DNA of 63,992 bases, filler included, from Ministeria vibrans ATCC 50519 (Eukaryota > Protista > Filasterea): NCBI GenBank assembly GCA_943704425.1. It is 8 parts of 7 records of this genome, joined end to end, with 100 filler letters (N's around TTAATTAATTAA, not from the genome) between each part and the next. Parts side by side here need not be neighbours in the genome. Positions count along the whole stretch, not along the records: positions 61,551 to 62,641 come from CALSCP010001673.1; positions 62,742 to 63,992 come from CALSCP010001916.1; 6 more parts are not named here. One strand, given 5' to 3'. Below the pieces are notes generated by a model. That model had not been told where the DNA came from and searched no databases. It saw nothing but the letters and a program-made list of their open reading frames with translations. Below, one piece after another: positions 61,551 through 63,992 of this stretch. Position 1 is the stretch's first letter; every line of letters begins with the position of its first letter. A program made the position numbers and the translations under genes.

Positions 61551-62641
61551 TGTTCCCCTGGATGTGCATGGCCTACCGCATTCCAAAGGGTGTCCAGGCC
61601 AACATGGCCATCCTCGTCGGCACCACCTGGTACTCGCTGACCATGACCGGCGGTGAGACTCCCACCACCCCCAAGGGTGGATCGTGGGGCACCGTCTTTG
61701 ACGATGACCAGTGGCACTGGCGCTGCATCAACGTCCGCACCCAGCTGAACGGCTTTGTTGGCACTGACCCCTACTTCATCTCGGCCGTCATCTTCCTTCC
61801 GGCCGACCAGGGAAACGCCGGCAGTACCACGAGTGGCGGATTCTGGGTAACCAATCACAAAAATTGAAAAACATGAAAAAGACTCACACTATTTCATTGT
61901 TCTCCCCTTCAACAGATCGACGACTTTTGCATCACGTCGTTGTCAGAGCCCAATGTCCTGTTTGAGCGTCAACGCAATGCGGGTGTATGGGACGTAAAGC
62001 CAACGTGGAGCATTGTGTCTGACACGGCCGGCGGTGCCTTCAACATCACATCGGACGGTCAGCTCTTTGTGCAACAGGCGGGGTTGCTCAGCGCTTCGCG
62101 ACAGCCCGAGGTCGTTGTTTCGGTTGCTGCTCACTCGGGTGGTATCTCCGGCAACGGCTTTGTCATTGTCAAAATCCTTCCCGAGTCTGATCAGAGCGGG
62201 CAGGCCGACACTTTTACACACTGGGGTCGACGTGACTGTCCCGCCGGCACCGATATAGTGTACGAGGGAAGTGCTGCCGCTCACTTCTACTCCTCGTCCG
62301 GTTCCGGCACCAATGTCCAGTGCATGACACACAATGCAAACTACATGAACGTGTCCACGGGCAACGACGCAGGCGGTCGCCTCTACCGTCTCGAATACGT
62401 CATCGCGTCGACCCACGGCATGACAAGCATGCAAGCTCTCAATGGCTACGAGATGCCCTGTGCTGTCTGCCGCCCCTCCACACCTGCCGCAACCTTTATG
62501 ATTCCTGGTACACTTGCGTGCCCCTCCGAAGACGACTGGACCACCGTCTACAAGGGCTACCTCTTTGCCGCTGCCTACACCAGCCAGTGGGGCCTCAACT
62601 TCATGTGTGTGTCGGACGTCGCGCAGGGCCTGGGTCTCGCC
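61551..62641 (+). CDS. Internal fragment of an extracellular multidomain protein: beta-sandwich module, cadherin-like repeat, short-chain-collagen/spongin (C4-like) NC1 domain; intron 61847-61915
   Basis: WSIVS....AFNITSDGQLFV...VVVSVAA..GG.SG...VIVKIL is cadherin-like. THWGRRDCP..T.IVYEG......SSSGSGTNVQC...LY.LEY...MPCAVC...FMIPG..ACP...WT..YKGYL...FMCV is a spongin-type NC1 pattern. Confidence 0.78.
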
Positions 62642-62741
62642 NNNNNNNNNNNNNNNNNNNNNNNNNNNNNNNNNNNNNNNNNNNNTTAATTAATTAANNN
62701 NNNNNNNNNNNNNNNNNNNNNNNNNNNNNNNNNNNNNNNNN

Positions 62742-63992
62742 CTGCAATTCGCGCACCGACTCGATACTGTCGCCCCACTGGTCCACCGACACACACGCCA
62801 TCTTCTCTTCCACCGCAGTACTCGTAGACTCAACATGCTTCTCGTAAATGGCACAGTACGACTGATCGAGAAGGGTGCGTCGCACGGCAATGCAGTCTTG
62901 CACATCATTCTTGAACTTTGTTGAGAGCCCCTCGGCAGCAGCTTCAATGTCGCTGACAGCATAATGGTTGGCACGCGCGAGAGTCTGTGCAGACTGATGT
63001 ATAGCCTCAATCTTGCCCTCGAGTGCTTTAAGCTTTTTGAGATATTCTTCATGGTTACGCATCTGCAGCGTAATGGCATCGTAGGTGTCGCCAGTGTCGG
63101 TGGAGGAGAAGAACGTCATGGCGGCGTCAAGTATCGCACCGCAGTTGGCCACGTCGGCATTGAAGTCGTGCAGCTGACGGCACTGATGCAACTGTGTGTC
63201 ACGCATCGCAAACTCTTCGTGCAGGTGCGCGTGAAGCGAAGTCAACTCGGCAATGCACTCCTCGATTTGGTCGGATCGGGGATGACCATTAGCAACCAAC
63301 GTGGCACCAAACGCGTTAACATCATCAACGTCACCACGACCTGTGTCAATGTCCGCCTTGAAGTCCGCGTGCTTTTGAACGAGAACATCCGTGCCAGGAA
63401 TATCACTTGGGAGCTCGCGTGACGAGTCCGCTTCGACCTTCTCCCGCACCCACGTACAACATGCATTCCAGTCACGCAAGAAGCGTTGGAAGTCGACGTT
63501 CTCTGTCAAATTCATTTTCCTGCTTGCTGAGTGGCCCTTTAGAGCATTTAGAAGCTCTTCGGCTTTGCTGCAAGCAACCTCAACTTCCGGGCCGCCATCG
63601 ACAAGTTGACTCTGCAACACAGACGAACGCTTCGAGAGGTCTCGAACCTTCTCTTCCAGAGCACCAATATCTCGCACGTCGTCCTCGTGCTTGGACAGGT
63701 ACCCCGAAGCAGTAAAAACATCTTCACCAAGTTCCGCGTCGGTCAAAGCGCCCAACTTGCCTCTCATCCGATCGAGAGCATCGTCTGCTTCCTTGACAAA
63801 TACAAGAACCTCGAGACAGTCATTAAGCTGACGGCGCTTCTGATCGCACAAACGATGTAAATCATCCCACTGTGCTTCAACGTCCTCGTTGCGCTCCTGC
63901 ATCTCCGACGCACGCGGATGTCCCTCGTCCGCACGCTGCTGTGCCAGATCCCCAACTGCGCGCACTCGGTCTTCGTTCGCCGCCAAGTCGTT
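62742..63992 (-). CDS. Spectrin-repeat protein (spectrin-like), internal fragment of about four repeats
   Basis: Roughly 106-aa repeats with F.....W motifs, ELGEDV, L.KH.DF..DI, LVANGHPRSDQI, LARANHYAVSDI, DQWGDSIESV. Confidence 0.9.

Overview
Intron-rich eukaryotic DNA, not prokaryotic. It consists of eight contigs joined by artificial N-TTAATTAATTAA-N linkers (at about 17785, 36551, 38285, 52803, 56502, 61451 and 62642), so gene order across linkers has no meaning. Most genes appear only after manual splicing at GT-AG sites. Housekeeping genes: a P2C-type ATPase, ATP23, TMEM94, an F-box protein, beta-ureidopropionase, NudC, SmB, DIS3L2, a P450, an EEP nuclease, MSH3, ribophorin II and a GH16 glucanase. 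Ciliary genes (ARL6, IFT70) indicate a flagellated cell. A CHASE-PAS hybrid histidine kinase argues against an animal, yet the window is rich in animal-type adhesion and cortex genes, so the best inference is a unicellular relative of animals (holozoan-like protist). Main discoveries: (1) a six-exon beta/gamma/delta-sarcoglycan-like gene that the ORF track misses; (2) a giant secreted or surface protein with about 35 Notch-type EGF repeats, in which a whole vWA domain is inserted inside one EGF, a polybasic furin site is inserted inside another, and prokaryote-like DUF11/pilin-type domains follow; its 8.5-kb intron contains two antisense genes (true nesting or misassembly); (3) a cadherin-like domain fused to a spongin/collagen-IV-type NC1 domain; (4) a P2C ATPase with PQGL instead of PEGL; (5) a Cys-repeat receptor with triplet periodicity; (6) a dispersed intronic minisatellite family. 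All family assignments are from motif recognition by eye; no database searches were run.
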